Position numbers and translations under genes: made by a program. The notes beneath the pieces were generated by a model that had not been told where the DNA came from, searched no databases, and saw nothing but the letters and a program-made list of their open reading frames with translations. From a virus (Duplodnaviria > Caudoviricetes), in IMG/VR virus record IMGVR_UViG_3300018877_000056, positions 1 through 56,571 of that record: a stretch of DNA of 56,571 nucleotides; one strand, given 5' to 3'. Shown piece by piece: positions 44,271-54,554 of the stretch; the first letter of the stretch is position 1; each line of letters starts with the position of its first letter.

Positions 44271-44685
44271 ACGCCTCGCCTTCTATGAGAGCCTGATCGG
44301 AAAGCCCTACAGGATCGGGGCACGAGGCCCTCATGAGTTCGATTGCTATGGCTTGGCCCGTCATATTCAGAACGAGCTTGCCGGGATCGAGATGCCGGAT
44401 GTGCCCTTTGCCGAGCCGACGACCCGGGCCCAGGCCGAGGCCATGCTCTCGCATCCCGAGCGGAAGGCTTGGGAAGAGGTGACAGAAGCCGAGGCTCGTG
44501 AACTCGATCTCGTTCTGATGGGTAACGTCGCCAAGCGGGACTTCCATCTCGGCACCTACATCGTGCCTGCCACAACGGGCGCAGTGATCCACATCGACAA
44601 GGCTGCCGGCGTGGTCGTGGACGATCTCCCGGCGCTCCGAGCCTCCGGGTTCAATTTCCTCCGCTTCTTCAGGCGCAAATCCTAA
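44263..44685 (+). CDS. NlpC/P60 tail-tip protein
   Basis: IGKPY..GARGPHEFDCYGL, HLG. Confidence 0.85.
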   Translation: MTERLAFYESLIGKPYRIGARGPHEFDCYGLARHIQNELAGIEMPDVPFAEPTTRAQAEAMLSHPERKAWEEVTEAEARELDLVLMGNVAKRDFHLGTYIVPATTGAVIHIDKAAGVVVDDLPALRASGFNFLRFFRRKS

Positions 44686-44688
44686 TCC

Positions 44689-47600
44689 ATGAAGCTCGCT
44701 GTCAAGCATAACCTCCTGGTCTTCGACCCGGACCGCGACGACGTTCGCCAGATCGAGAGCGGCCTCGTGATCCCCATTGCCGAGCACAAGACCCGCAAGC
44801 GCAAGCCGACCATCGAGCAGGTTCTTGCGGAGACAGGCTGGCGGTTCGACCTGCCGACCGTCTGCAAGGTCAACGGCGTCTATTATGGCCGCACTGAATG
44901 GGCGACCCATAAGCTCACCGCCAATGATAACGTCGAGTTCATCAGCCGTCCGCTCGGCGGCAACAGCGGCGGGGGAAACTCCACGGCCAAGAGCATCGGC
45001 GCCATCGTCGCCATGGTCGCGCTCACAGCTCTCGCACCCTACGCCATGGCTGCCATCGGCCTCACGGGCATCGCTGCCTCTATCGGCTCTTCGCTGCTTA
45101 TCGCAGGCGGCGCGATGGCGATCAGCCATTTCCTGAAGCCTAAGGCTGGCGGCAAGACCGAGGCGAAGGAGGAGCTATATTCCTTCGGGTTCGGCGGCAA
45201 CCAGGCCCGTCCGCTGCAGCCGATCCCGGTCCTGTATGGACGCACGCTTTCCTTCCCCGACTTCGCCGCTCCGAAATATTCCGAGTTCGACGGCGACAAC
45301 ATGACGGAATATGCCCTGCTGTGCCTGGGCTGCGGCAGCTATGACATCGAAGAGCTGCGTATTGCCGACACTCGCATCTGGACCAAGAGCGGCGGCTATA
45401 ACCCGTCCTTCCCCGGCATCAGGATCCAGATCTGCGACCCTGGCGAGAAGGTCACGCTCTTCCCGGTCAATGTGGTCTCGGCCAGCGAAGTCTCCGGGAT
45501 CGAACTGTCCACGACCTATACACCGGGCTACACCGCCAATGCTGCCGGCACGAAGGCAACCCAGCTGCTGTTCGACTTCGTGTTTCCTGGTGGCCTTGCC
45601 GACACCTACAAGGGCGAGCTCCACCCCAACGCCGTTCACGTCGTGGCGCAGGCTCGGCTTGTCAACGATGCGGGAGCCCCGGTCGGGAGTTGGGAAACGG
45701 TTTTCGACAAGACCTATACCTACGCCAAGACTAGCCAGATCCGGATCACGGAGCGCGTCACGGTTCCTCCCGGGCGCTACGAGGTGCGCGTCCGCCGCAC
45801 TGACCCAAAAATGGAGGGCACCACCAGCAACAACGGCAAGGTGACGACGGTCGACAACATTGTCTGGTCTGCCTTGCGGGCTCAGATCGACGGGCCAAAC
45901 GCCTTTCCGCGTGTGACGACCATTGCCGTGCGCGCCCGCGCCGGTGAGGGGCTTCAGGGCATCACGAACGGCCAGATCGGGGTGATTGCCACGCGCAAGA
46001 TCCCGGTCTGGAACGGCTCAGGCTTCGTCACGCAGCCTTCGCGGTCGATTGCCTGGGCCGCGCTCGATATCTGGCGCAATGCAGATTATGGGGCTGGGCT
46101 GTCGATCGATCAGGTCGACTTCCAGAGCTTCTACGCCTACGACCAGCTTTGGACATCCCTCGGGCACACCTTCGATCACGTCTTCAAGGAGCCGCAGACG
46201 CTCGATGATGCGCTCGAGACCATCCTGAAGGCAGGCCGAGCCATGCCGGCGCCTGTGGGCGACCGCCTGACTATCGTCCGCGACGAGCCCCGCGGCATCC
46301 CGCGCATGATGTTCACGGATTACGACATCGTGAAGGACTCGCTCACCATCGACTACACGCTGGCGGACGACGATATCGCTGACGGCATTGTGGGCGAGTA
46401 TCTCGATGAGACGACCTTCCGGTTGGCCGAGGTATCGAGCGCGCCGGCGGGAACGACGCTCGCCAAGCCCGCCCGAGTGCAGCTGCAGGGTGTCCAGAAG
46501 CGCTCGCAAGCGGCTGGGCTCGTCCGGTTCATGGCGGCCGAAAATGCCCTCCGGCGTGTCACCGTGTCGTGGACGGCGCGGGCAGAGGGCCGACTGCTCA
46601 AGCGCGGCGATCTGGTCGTGCTCTCGTGCGAGGAGCCTGAGACGTGGGGCCAATCCGCCGAGGTCGTGGCTTACAACGACGCCACGCGAGCGCTCACCTT
46701 CGACCATGATCTCGAATGGGAGGAGACCGGCAACCACTATGTGGAGGTCCGGCGCCGGGACGGACAGCCCTGGGGGCCTGTGCGTGTCACGCGCGGCGCG
46801 TCCGATCGGATTGCCATCGTCAACGCGGGCGATATGGCGGCAGAGGCAACCCGGCAGGGCATGACCCTGGCCGATGCGATTGCCCGTTCCGACCTGGCCG
46901 ACCGCCCGACTGCTGCCTTCTCGCCCGGCCAGCCGCGCACCTTCCGGGTGCTGATCACCGAAGGAACGCCTGACACGGACGGCGAGCACATCGCTCTGAC
47001 CGGCGTGGTGGACGATCCCGCCGTCTATGATGTGACCGAAACCGGCTTTGAGCCGCTTCCGGACGTGCCGGATGTATTCTCGCCGTCGATCCCGGTGGTG
47101 ACGACACTTGCCGCCAATGTCTACCAACGTGGAACCAATCTGATCCTGCAAGCGGGCTGGCGACCGGCCAAGGGCGCCATCAGCTACATCGCGGATGTGT
47201 CCTATGATGGCGGCGAGACATGGGTTCGGGCGTATAGCGGCGACAAGACAACCTTTGAGGCTATCGTTGCTCCAGCCCAGACCATCCGGCTACGAGTGGC
47301 CGGCGTTACCGCATCGAACGTGATCGGCGGTTTCAGCATCGTGGAGAGGAATGCACCGCCTCTGGTGCTGAGCGGCGACCACCTGATCATGAAGGTGCAG
47401 CCGGATGACCTGATCCCGGCTCTCGCCCGGCGCATGGACAGCCTCGATATCCTGCTGCAGACGGCGGACCTCGTGGGCGAAGCCCGCGTCGTTGCCGAGG
47501 AAGCGGATGAGAGGGGCAGGGCGGCCATCACCCAGGTCGCACAGGTCAAGGTCACTGCCGACAAGGCGCTGGCCATCTTCGGCACTGATGTCACGGCAGA

Positions 47601-48036
47601 ATTCGAGCAGACCGGCGTCACCGTGGGCGAGCGCTTCACCGCCGTTGCCGATGTCACCGGGCAGCTCATCGGTGCCTGGAAAGTCACGCTCGACTCCAAC
47701 GGCTTCTTTGGCGGGTTGCAGCTCGTTGGCACCAACGGGCCGGGTGGGCTTCAGAGTGAGCTCAAGATCGCGGTCGACAAGTTCCTCGTCGGCGCTCCTG
47801 GCTCAGGGTTTGGCGAGGAAGCGGTGTTCGCCATCAGCACCCGCAACGGCGTGGCCCGTGTGACCATGCGCGGCGACTTCATCGCGGATGGCTCGATTAA
47901 CGCCACACAGATCAACGTTGGGTCGCTCGGGGCCATCTCGGCCGTCATCGGAACGGTCTCCTCGTCCAGCGATGTGACAACCGTGGGAGGGTTCCGGCTC
48001 GATGGTCCGAACCGTCGTATTGAGGTCTGGGACTAG
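44689..48036 (+). CDS. Tail tip/host-specificity protein (J-like, with I-like N-terminus)
   Basis: 1115 aa; NQARPLQPIPVLYG, YEVRVRR, C-terminal ADGSINA. Confidence 0.88.
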   Translation: MKLAVKHNLLVFDPDRDDVRQIESGLVIPIAEHKTRKRKPTIEQVLAETGWRFDLPTVCKVNGVYYGRTEWATHKLTANDNVEFISRPLGGNSGGGNSTAKSIGAIVAMVALTALAPYAMAAIGLTGIAASIGSSLLIAGGAMAISHFLKPKAGGKTEAKEELYSFGFGGNQARPLQPIPVLYGRTLSFPDFAAPKYSEFDGDNMTEYALLCLGCGSYDIEELRIADTRIWTKSGGYNPSFPGIRIQICDPGEKVTLFPVNVVSASEVSGIELSTTYTPGYTANAAGTKATQLLFDFVFPGGLADTYKGELHPNAVHVVAQARLVNDAGAPVGSWETVFDKTYTYAKTSQIRITERVTVPPGRYEVRVRRTDPKMEGTTSNNGKVTTVDNIVWSALRAQIDGPNAFPRVTTIAVRARAGEGLQGITNGQIGVIATRKIPVWNGSGFVTQPSRSIAWAALDIWRNADYGAGLSIDQVDFQSFYAYDQLWTSLGHTFDHVFKEPQTLDDALETILKAGRAMPAPVGDRLTIVRDEPRGIPRMMFTDYDIVKDSLTIDYTLADDDIADGIVGEYLDETTFRLAEVSSAPAGTTLAKPARVQLQGVQKRSQAAGLVRFMAAENALRRVTVSWTARAEGRLLKRGDLVVLSCEEPETWGQSAEVVAYNDATRALTFDHDLEWEETGNHYVEVRRRDGQPWGPVRVTRGASDRIAIVNAGDMAAEATRQGMTLADAIARSDLADRPTAAFSPGQPRTFRVLITEGTPDTDGEHIALTGVVDDPAVYDVTETGFEPLPDVPDVFSPSIPVVTTLAANVYQRGTNLILQAGWRPAKGAISYIADVSYDGGETWVRAYSGDKTTFEAIVAPAQTIRLRVAGVTASNVIGGFSIVERNAPPLVLSGDHLIMKVQPDDLIPALARRMDSLDILLQTADLVGEARVVAEEADERGRAAITQVAQVKVTADKALAIFGTDVTAEFEQTGVTVGERFTAVADVTGQLIGAWKVTLDSNGFFGGLQLVGTNGPGGLQSELKIAVDKFLVGAPGSGFGEEAVFAISTRNGVARVTMRGDFIADGSINATQINVGSLGAISAVIGTVSSSSDVTTVGGFRLDGPNRRIEVWD

Positions 48037-48039
48037 GCT

Positions 48040-48465
48040 ATGACCCGACGCATCGTGATGGGGAAGATCGGCACGGCCTATGACCTTCGCATCTCAAGGC
48101 AGGGGTTTGACGCCGCCACAGGCGACATCAACAACAACCGCGTCATCTCGTTCTCGGCTCTAAGGGATGCCAATGCGAAGGCCGTGTCCGTAGGCCAGAT
48201 CACGAGTTTGTTCCAATGGGTCAGCTTGGGGGCATCCTACACCCTGCCACCGCCATGCATCTTCTCCCTCAAACGCAACGGGAACATGGTAATCGATCAG
48301 ATCGAAAGGCAATACTTCACAGGCGACTTCGATTTCGGGTGGTGGGACGGCACGCCTTACGCCCTTATCGTTTCAACAACGGCCGTCATGGTCGGCGTCC
48401 CGTTCCCCAAGCAATCGCCGATTTCTTCGGGAGACAAATTCATCTTCATGACGGTGCGGCCATGA
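48040..48465 (+). CDS. Tail-tip accessory protein, paralogue 1
   Basis: MTRRIVMG...LRISRQGFDA. Confidence 0.65.
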   Translation: MTRRIVMGKIGTAYDLRISRQGFDAATGDINNNRVISFSALRDANAKAVSVGQITSLFQWVSLGASYTLPPPCIFSLKRNGNMVIDQIERQYFTGDFDFGWWDGTPYALIVSTTAVMVGVPFPKQSPISSGDKFIFMTVRP

Positions 48466-48845
48466 CACGGCGGATCATCCTCGGACGGCGCGGGTCGCAG
48501 TATGGCTTATGGGTCTCTCCGGCTGGGGTGGATGCCGAGACGGTCAGCGATGCCGCCGCTCTGTTTTCGATGAGCACGAAGCATCTCATGGCCCTTGCCT
48601 CCGGGAGTTTCGTCTGCCCTGCCGGGGGCGGTTCCATCAGGGTGAGCTTCGGAAAGACTTTCCCTGTGGTGCCATTCCTGTTCTGTGGCCGCTTGGTCGA
48701 GTTCCCCACATTCTCCACCGTCTATAGCGATGTCGATCAATCCGGGTTTTACGCCAGGGCCGGGGAGTCGGTCGAAAACCCCGGAACCTATCCGGCGGCA
48801 GGGAAAACCATTCGCTGGTTTGCCTTCATGAAGAACCAGGGGTAG
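48462..48845 (+). CDS. Tail-tip accessory protein, paralogue 2
   Basis: MTRRIILG...LWVSPAGVDA. Confidence 0.65.
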   Translation: MTRRIILGRRGSQYGLWVSPAGVDAETVSDAAALFSMSTKHLMALASGSFVCPAGGGSIRVSFGKTFPVVPFLFCGRLVEFPTFSTVYSDVDQSGFYARAGESVENPGTYPAAGKTIRWFAFMKNQG

Positions 48846-48849
48846 GCCT

Positions 48850-49380
48850 ATGGCGCGGCGCATTGTTCTCGGGGATGTCGGCTCAAACTATGTGTTCCGG
48901 GTCTCCCGCGCGGGCTATGACGCGGCAACAGCCGATCTCGATGGGCTGCTCTTCGATGCCGACCATATTCCGGCACGCTGGGAGAATGAGGGAACGGTCA
49001 CATGCCCCGGCGGGCGCGGGCCTGTCAGCGGCGAAGTGGATCTCTGGTATCCGGGCACGGTTACGGTCTCTCATGGCTCAACCCCGTCCGTCATCATGGG
49101 GCTGGCCTATCCTTTGTCATCCAACAACCGATGGTACACTGTCCACGCGACGGTTGACCATGTTTCGGGCACGGGCAACACCCATTATCACACGTATGAG
49201 TTCAGCCATATGGACGACAATTACTGTTCTCCGCATTGGCTGACATCGGATTACGACAATGGGGACAGTTTGCAGCAGTTGCGGGGCGGCTGGAAGCTGG
49301 AGTGGAACAGTTCCACCATCACCATCACGAACAATTCGCCCTATCCCATCCGCGTGCGCTGGCTCGCGATCAAAATCTGA
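48850..49380 (+). CDS. Tail-tip accessory protein, paralogue 3
   Basis: MARRIVLG...FRVSRAGYDA. Confidence 0.65.
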   Translation: MARRIVLGDVGSNYVFRVSRAGYDAATADLDGLLFDADHIPARWENEGTVTCPGGRGPVSGEVDLWYPGTVTVSHGSTPSVIMGLAYPLSSNNRWYTVHATVDHVSGTGNTHYHTYEFSHMDDNYCSPHWLTSDYDNGDSLQQLRGGWKLEWNSSTITITNNSPYPIRVRWLAIKI

Positions 49381-49402
49381 AATCACATCGGAGCAATAAC
49401 TC

Positions 49403-49819
49403 ATGATCGTTCAATACGATGCTGAGGGGCGGTACATCGCGCATCTCGAGGACGGCTATCCGGCCAGGCCTGAGGTTCTCGAAAAGGTAACGCAGGACAC
49501 CAACCTTGGGGCTGTCGATGTCCCGCCGTTCTCGCATGAATGGTGGTATTTCCCGGATGGCGTTCCGACCATCCGCCCGCGCCTCGACTACACGATCAGC
49601 GAGCGCCAGGAGGGGGATGACAAGGTGACTGTCATCAGCGGTATCCCGGCCGGGACGAAGGTCAATGTTCAGGGCCCCGACTACGGGCAGTCGATCGAGT
49701 CGGATGGTGACGATCTTGAGCTCGTCCTGCGCATCCCGGGCGACTACATGATCGCCTTCGATGCGTTCCCCTATCAGCCTGTCTCGATCTTCCTCCAGGT
49801 TACGGCGGCGGAGGCCTGA
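49403..49819 (+). CDS. Tail-region hypothetical protein
   Basis: GIPAGT...PGDY..FPY. Confidence 0.65.
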   Translation: MIVQYDAEGRYIAHLEDGYPARPEVLEKVTQDTNLGAVDVPPFSHEWWYFPDGVPTIRPRLDYTISERQEGDDKVTVISGIPAGTKVNVQGPDYGQSIESDGDDLELVLRIPGDYMIAFDAFPYQPVSIFLQVTAAEA

Positions 49820-49820
49820 C

Positions 49821-50168
49821 ATGGCGCGCCTCGAAATTGGCCCCGATCTGGAGCAGCTCCGCTCGTTGGCCGAGAAGGCTATCGACAAGCACTTCGAACC
49901 GGCACGGCAGCGCATGGCGCTCTATAACCGCAAGGTCACGGAAGCGCGTCGTCATCTTGCCGGGCATCCGTCCGACATGCTCAACCGCGAAGCCCAGATC
50001 CGGCATATCAAAGCTGATGAGATCGCCCGCCAGGTGATTGCGCTCGCGGAAGCCGATGAGGCGACGGAGCCGCAGCGTGTGGCACTCAAGGCGAAAGTGC
50101 GCAAGGCCCTGACGCCCCAAAAGATCCGCAAGATCCTTGCCGACAACGGCATTCGCCTGACCCGCTAA
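49821..50168 (+). CDS. Tail-region hypothetical protein
   Basis: GGAGG RBS; LYNRKVTEA. Confidence 0.6.
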   Translation: MARLEIGPDLEQLRSLAEKAIDKHFEPARQRMALYNRKVTEARRHLAGHPSDMLNREAQIRHIKADEIARQVIALAEADEATEPQRVALKAKVRKALTPQKIRKILADNGIRLTR

Positions 50169-50229
50169 TCCTCCCCCAAAATTCAAGCCCCCGCCATCGG
50201 CCAAGCCCCATTTGGCCGGGAGATTTTGC

Positions 50230-51792
50230 ATGGCTCTCGACCCCTCATACTTCTTCTACAGCGACGGCACGATCACGCTGACCAATGGCTCGGACATCGC
50301 GACCGGCACCATGGTGGCATGGGATCCGGCTGTGTTGCCGTTCGACTTCGTGTTCCCGCAGAACGGCACCGCGGGCATGGCGGTGATCGCGGAAGTGCTG
50401 GCGGTCAACCAGATCCGGCTTGCCATGCCGTGGACAGGTCCGACCCTGACGGACGTGCCTTACTACATGGTGCGCTGGGCCAACCACATTGACCCGCGCT
50501 TCTATGCGATCAGGGTGTCGGAGTACCTGACCCGTATTCGCGACATGCCAGCGACAGGCCCGAACGGCTGGGCTCCTGTTCCGGTGCCGGTGGATGACGG
50601 GGAGCGGAGCGTCCTGCAGATTGCGGATTGGATCGGCGGCTATGGCACCAAGCCCGCGACAGGCGGATATCTCGGCCCAACCGGGATCGTCAGCGACATC
50701 TCCCAGGCGACCGACATTCGCGGCCCTCAGGGAGAGGACAGCACTGTGCCCGGGCCTCCGGGAGACAAGGGCTGGTCTCCGGTCTATGCCATCGTCGCTG
50801 ACGGGGCTCGCCGCGTGAAGCAGCTTGTCGATTATGTCGGCGGTGAAGGCACCAAGCCCACAGTCCCGGCGAACACCTACGTCGGGCCGACCGGCTACAC
50901 GACGGACATTTCGCAGGCGACGGACGAACGAGGGCCAGAGGGACCGGCAGTGGGTGCGAACAGCGTCGACAACACGCTGCTCGCGGACATGCCGGCGAAT
51001 ACCCTGAAGGGGAACAATACGGGTGCGTCGAGCGACCCGAAAGACCTGACTGTGGCGCAGGTCAAGGCGATGCTCGGCCTCGGCATATCCATGGCGAAAG
51101 CCCCGCCTGAAATCGTCTATGTCAACGCCACCACAATTACGGTCAAGGCGGGCAAATGCCGGGATGAGGACGACACGACCGACCTTATCAACCCCGCCAA
51201 TTTCAACATTACGCTGGCCGGCGCTCCGGTCTCAGCGCACCGTCATGTGCTGTTCGGCTATGATGGGAGCGGCAATCCAGCGGCGACGTTCTCGACAACG
51301 ATCGCTCTTCCCGCGGGGTGGCAGGCATATCGCCGTATCGGCTCGATCCGCACGGATGCGAGTGGGCAGATCCGGTCGTTCATCCAACTTGGCGACCGGT
51401 TCGATTTTCTGTCTCCGGTCAAGGACGTTTCGGACAGTGCGCAATCGACAGCGGGCACGCTACGCACACTGTCCGTGCCGCTGGATGTTCAGGTCGAGGC
51501 CATCCTCAATGTCCGCGCAGTCAAGGTGAACAGCCAAGTCGCCGTACACGTATACCCGTCGAGTTTATCTGACCCGACTCTCACTCTGGCTGGCGCCGCA
51601 GCCGGTACAGGCGGCGTCGACCCGTCTGTAAGCGGCTTCGCAGGAACGTCCGGTACGACTTCGGCGGGGGCAACCCAGCTCCGTGTTCCAACCAATACGC
51701 TCGGGCAGGTGAAATCAATATCGAGTGTTGCCACCACGATCCTCGAAATCACGACCATGGGATGGATCGATAGGCGCGGGAGGGACAAGTAA
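50230..51792 (+). CDS. Tail fibre protein
   Basis: GTITLTNGS N-terminus, duplicated GW.PV domains, GPxG collagen links. Confidence 0.8.
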   Translation: MALDPSYFFYSDGTITLTNGSDIATGTMVAWDPAVLPFDFVFPQNGTAGMAVIAEVLAVNQIRLAMPWTGPTLTDVPYYMVRWANHIDPRFYAIRVSEYLTRIRDMPATGPNGWAPVPVPVDDGERSVLQIADWIGGYGTKPATGGYLGPTGIVSDISQATDIRGPQGEDSTVPGPPGDKGWSPVYAIVADGARRVKQLVDYVGGEGTKPTVPANTYVGPTGYTTDISQATDERGPEGPAVGANSVDNTLLADMPANTLKGNNTGASSDPKDLTVAQVKAMLGLGISMAKAPPEIVYVNATTITVKAGKCRDEDDTTDLINPANFNITLAGAPVSAHRHVLFGYDGSGNPAATFSTTIALPAGWQAYRRIGSIRTDASGQIRSFIQLGDRFDFLSPVKDVSDSAQSTAGTLRTLSVPLDVQVEAILNVRAVKVNSQVAVHVYPSSLSDPTLTLAGAAAGTGGVDPSVSGFAGTSGTTSAGATQLRVPTNTLGQVKSISSVATTILEITTMGWIDRRGRDK

Positions 51793-52172
51793 TGCCTTAT
51801 GTCCAGCGTGATGAGAACGGCCAGATCGTCGGCGCCTATGCGGTTGCGCAGCCGGGCTATGCTGAGGAATGGATCGAGGAAGCCGATCTGTCCATGCCGG
51901 TCCCGCAATCACACCGCTCGGTCGCCATGTGGCGGGCGCGCACGATCATGAAGGTGACACCATGGGGCGGAGGAACGCTGTTCGATGCAGTGCAGCAGGC
52001 CATCGCAGGGCTCACCGATCCACTTCAAAAGGCAGCAGCTGAAGAGGCCCTCGAACGCGGCGACGTGTTCGATCGCGACGGCATGTTTGTTCCCATGTTT
52101 TCCAAAGCTCTCGGCATCAGCGATGAGCAACTCGACACTCTGATGCGGCAAGCCGCCGAACTGCCGGCCTAA
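51792..52172 (+). CDS. Tail fibre assembly-like protein
   Basis: ALGISDEQLDTLMRQA; follows fibre. Confidence 0.6.
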   Translation: MPYVQRDENGQIVGAYAVAQPGYAEEWIEEADLSMPVPQSHRSVAMWRARTIMKVTPWGGGTLFDAVQQAIAGLTDPLQKAAAEEALERGDVFDRDGMFVPMFSKALGISDEQLDTLMRQAAELPA

Positions 52173-52197
52173 TCACCCCGAACACCACGAGGACACC

Positions 52198-52854
52198 ATG
52201 ACCACCGAGACATTCGGGCGGGCGCTTTCGCTCGTCCTAAAACATGAAGGCGGCTACGTTGATCACCCAAAGGATCCAGGCGGGGCGACGAACCGAGGGA
52301 TTACGCTCGCGACTCTTAGCACCTGGCGCGGACGGCCAGTGACGAAGGCCGAAGTCAAAGCACTCACTGAAACAGAAGCAGCGGCCATCTATCGGGCCAA
52401 CTACTGGAATGTCGTCAAAGGGGATGACCTGCCGAGAGGTGTTGATCTTGCGGTCTTCGACTTTGCTGTCAATTCCGGGCCTGCTCGGGCAGCGAAACAC
52501 CTTCAGTCACTCGTCGGCGTCGATGTGGACGGCGTGATCGGCCCAGAGACTTTAGCCGCCATCCGCTCCACGAAGCCGGCTGATCTTATCCGAAGACTGA
52601 CCAGATCGCGCCTCGCCTTCCTCTCTGGGCTTCCGACATGGCCGACCTTTGGCAAGGGCTGGCGGGCTCGCGTGCTTGGCGTTGAAAAGGAGGCTCTTGC
52701 TATGGCGGGAGATGCTTCCGGACCAATCCTGACACCGCCACCTCCTGACATTGAACCGCCACCGGTTCCCGTCTCCCAGCCCGCCTCATCAGGCGGGTTT
52801 TTCTATGCCGCTCTCAAGAACGCTCTTGAGGTTCTCTTCGGAAGGAAAGCGTGA
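52198..52854 (+). CDS. Endolysin, glycoside hydrolase family 108
   Basis: HEGGYVDHPKDPGGATNRGIT, FDFAVNSG, FGKGW. Confidence 0.93.
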   Translation: MTTETFGRALSLVLKHEGGYVDHPKDPGGATNRGITLATLSTWRGRPVTKAEVKALTETEAAAIYRANYWNVVKGDDLPRGVDLAVFDFAVNSGPARAAKHLQSLVGVDVDGVIGPETLAAIRSTKPADLIRRLTRSRLAFLSGLPTWPTFGKGWRARVLGVEKEALAMAGDASGPILTPPPPDIEPPPVPVSQPASSGGFFYAALKNALEVLFGRKA

Positions 52855-53405
52855 TGCCTCCTATCATTGGACTGCTCTTGCAATATGCCCCGGACCTTAT
52901 CGGGCTCTTCGCCGGCGCGAAGGCAGGCACGGCAGCGGGGAAGGTGGCCGATGCTGCCAAGGTCGTGTTCGGGACGGACGACCCGCAGAAGGCGCAGGCT
53001 CAGATCAACGCCAACCCGGCGCTGGCTCAGGCCTTCGTTGAACAGGCCAAGATCCAGCTGGAAGAGGCGCGGCTCGCCGTCGAGGACGTGCAGAGCGCCC
53101 GAGCCCAGACCCTTGAGCTCGCCAAGCAGGGCTCGGCCATCTCCTGGGGCGCCCCAGTGGTGTCCGTCATTGTGATCGTCGGGTTCTTCATCGTCATGGG
53201 CCTGCTCTTCCTCCAGCCGGTCGATCTCCCCCCGTCACAGGCTCAACTCCTGAATGTGCTCTTTGGTGCGCTCATCCCGGCCTTCGGGACGGTCGTTCAG
53301 TACTGGCTCGGCTCGTCGGCCGGTTCCAAGCGCAGCGGGGACTCCGTGCGTGCCATTGCCGAGACGCTCCTGCCGCAGGCCATCAATCGGAAAACGGGGG
53401 TCTGA
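52854..53405 (+). CDS. Holin-like membrane protein
   Basis: DVQSAR, two TMs, VVQYWLGSSAGS. Confidence 0.7.
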   Translation: MPPIIGLLLQYAPDLIGLFAGAKAGTAAGKVADAAKVVFGTDDPQKAQAQINANPALAQAFVEQAKIQLEEARLAVEDVQSARAQTLELAKQGSAISWGAPVVSVIVIVGFFIVMGLLFLQPVDLPPSQAQLLNVLFGALIPAFGTVVQYWLGSSAGSKRSGDSVRAIAETLLPQAINRKTGV

Positions 53406-53408
53406 CCC

Positions 53409-53879
53409 ATGCCGCACCGGATCGTGCTCCGCATAGGGCAGGGGATTGCTGAGCACTTCCCTGTCCGCGTGTCCGAATGGATCATGCTCGTTCCGCTTCT
53501 GGGGTGGGCTAACACCCTCGCCCTGGACCCTCTCACCTTCGACAAATCCACCTCATTCATAGAGATGTCTCGCTGGGCGGATGAGGTCACATGGGGGTGG
53601 ATCTGCTTTGCCGCGGCATTCCTTCGGCTATCCGCCCTTATCGTCAACGGCACCTTCAAATCCAGCTTCCCTTACTCACCTCACTTCCGGGGCTTCGCCT
53701 CCCTCGTGATCTGCATCTTCTGGGGGCAGATCACTCTCGGGATCCTTGTTTCCGTGGTGAGCAACGGAGGCGTCTTTACCGGCTTCTGGGCCTATCTCGG
53801 GTTCATGCTTCTCGAGATGTGGAACCTGTTCAGGGCATGGGTCGATGTCGGGGCTCTCAAGGCAGCGCGTTCAGCATGA
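53409..53879 (+). CDS. Multi-TM lysis-region protein
   Basis: About four TMs; RLSALIVNG. Confidence 0.65.
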   Translation: MPHRIVLRIGQGIAEHFPVRVSEWIMLVPLLGWANTLALDPLTFDKSTSFIEMSRWADEVTWGWICFAAAFLRLSALIVNGTFKSSFPYSPHFRGFASLVICIFWGQITLGILVSVVSNGGVFTGFWAYLGFMLLEMWNLFRAWVDVGALKAARSA

Positions 53880-54202
53880 TCGATTTGACCTCACCGAACA
53901 CGGTCGCGTTCCTCCAGTTCCTCGGCCTTGGCCTCCTTGGCGTGCTGGCTGCCTTTGGGCAATGGTTCGGGAAGCGCAAGGAGAGCAGCCCGGCAGGCTC
54001 AAAGGATGTGGTTGTTCCATCGCTCGCCATTGCAGACAATGCCGCGATTACGCACCTGGCAGAAACCTTGCGAGAAGCAAACCGGGTCGCCCAAACCCAT
54101 CGTGAGCACGATACTGAGATGCTCTACGAACTGAAGGCGATCAAGGAGAGCCTGCATCGGCTTGAGAGCATGATGGGGCGGGGCCTAGATCTGGTGCGAT
54201 AA
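53876..54202 (+). CDS. Membrane-anchored lysis-region protein
   Basis: N-terminal TM and C-terminal coiled coil; ATGA overlap. Confidence 0.6.
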   Translation: MIDLTSPNTVAFLQFLGLGLLGVLAAFGQWFGKRKESSPAGSKDVVVPSLAIADNAAITHLAETLREANRVAQTHREHDTEMLYELKAIKESLHRLESMMGRGLDLVR

Positions 54203-54522
54203 GCTAAAAAGAAGCGCCCCCTTTTCGGCGGGCGCTGAGTTGCCGATCCGCAGGGGCAAAAAGAGGATCGGGGCAGGTGAAAAGCATGCCCGGTCTAATG
54301 GTTCGGCTACAGCGGCCACTCTTTTGGGGGAGGAGGGCACTCTCCTTATCCTTCATGGACAGTGTGCCAGCACGCCTCCTGGTTCTATGTTGAGGATTGG
54401 GAGATGCGGCACATCGCCTGAACAACACGCCCCGTTTGGCCATTGGGTCGGCGGGGTTTTTCTGTAACCCGGATTCCCCGCTATACACCGGCGGGAGAGT
54501 TTGACTCACCAGGGCAACTTAT

Positions 54523-54537
54523 GTTCTCAAAATGTTC
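54523..54537 (+). promoter_or_regulatory. Alphaproteobacterial LexA (SOS) box
   Basis: GTTC-TCAAAAT-GTTC downstream of TTGACT -35 at 54501. Confidence 0.7.
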
Positions 54538-54554
54538 TCATTTGGGAGCATCTC

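Noticed and set aside
37802-48036. Gene transfer agent cluster
   Set aside because: GTA-like tail genes sit within a full prophage with integrase, repressor, replication and cos-type packaging
48040-52172. Diversity-generating retroelement or invertible tail-fibre cassette
   Set aside because: No reverse transcriptase, invertase, TR/VR pair or inverted repeats seen
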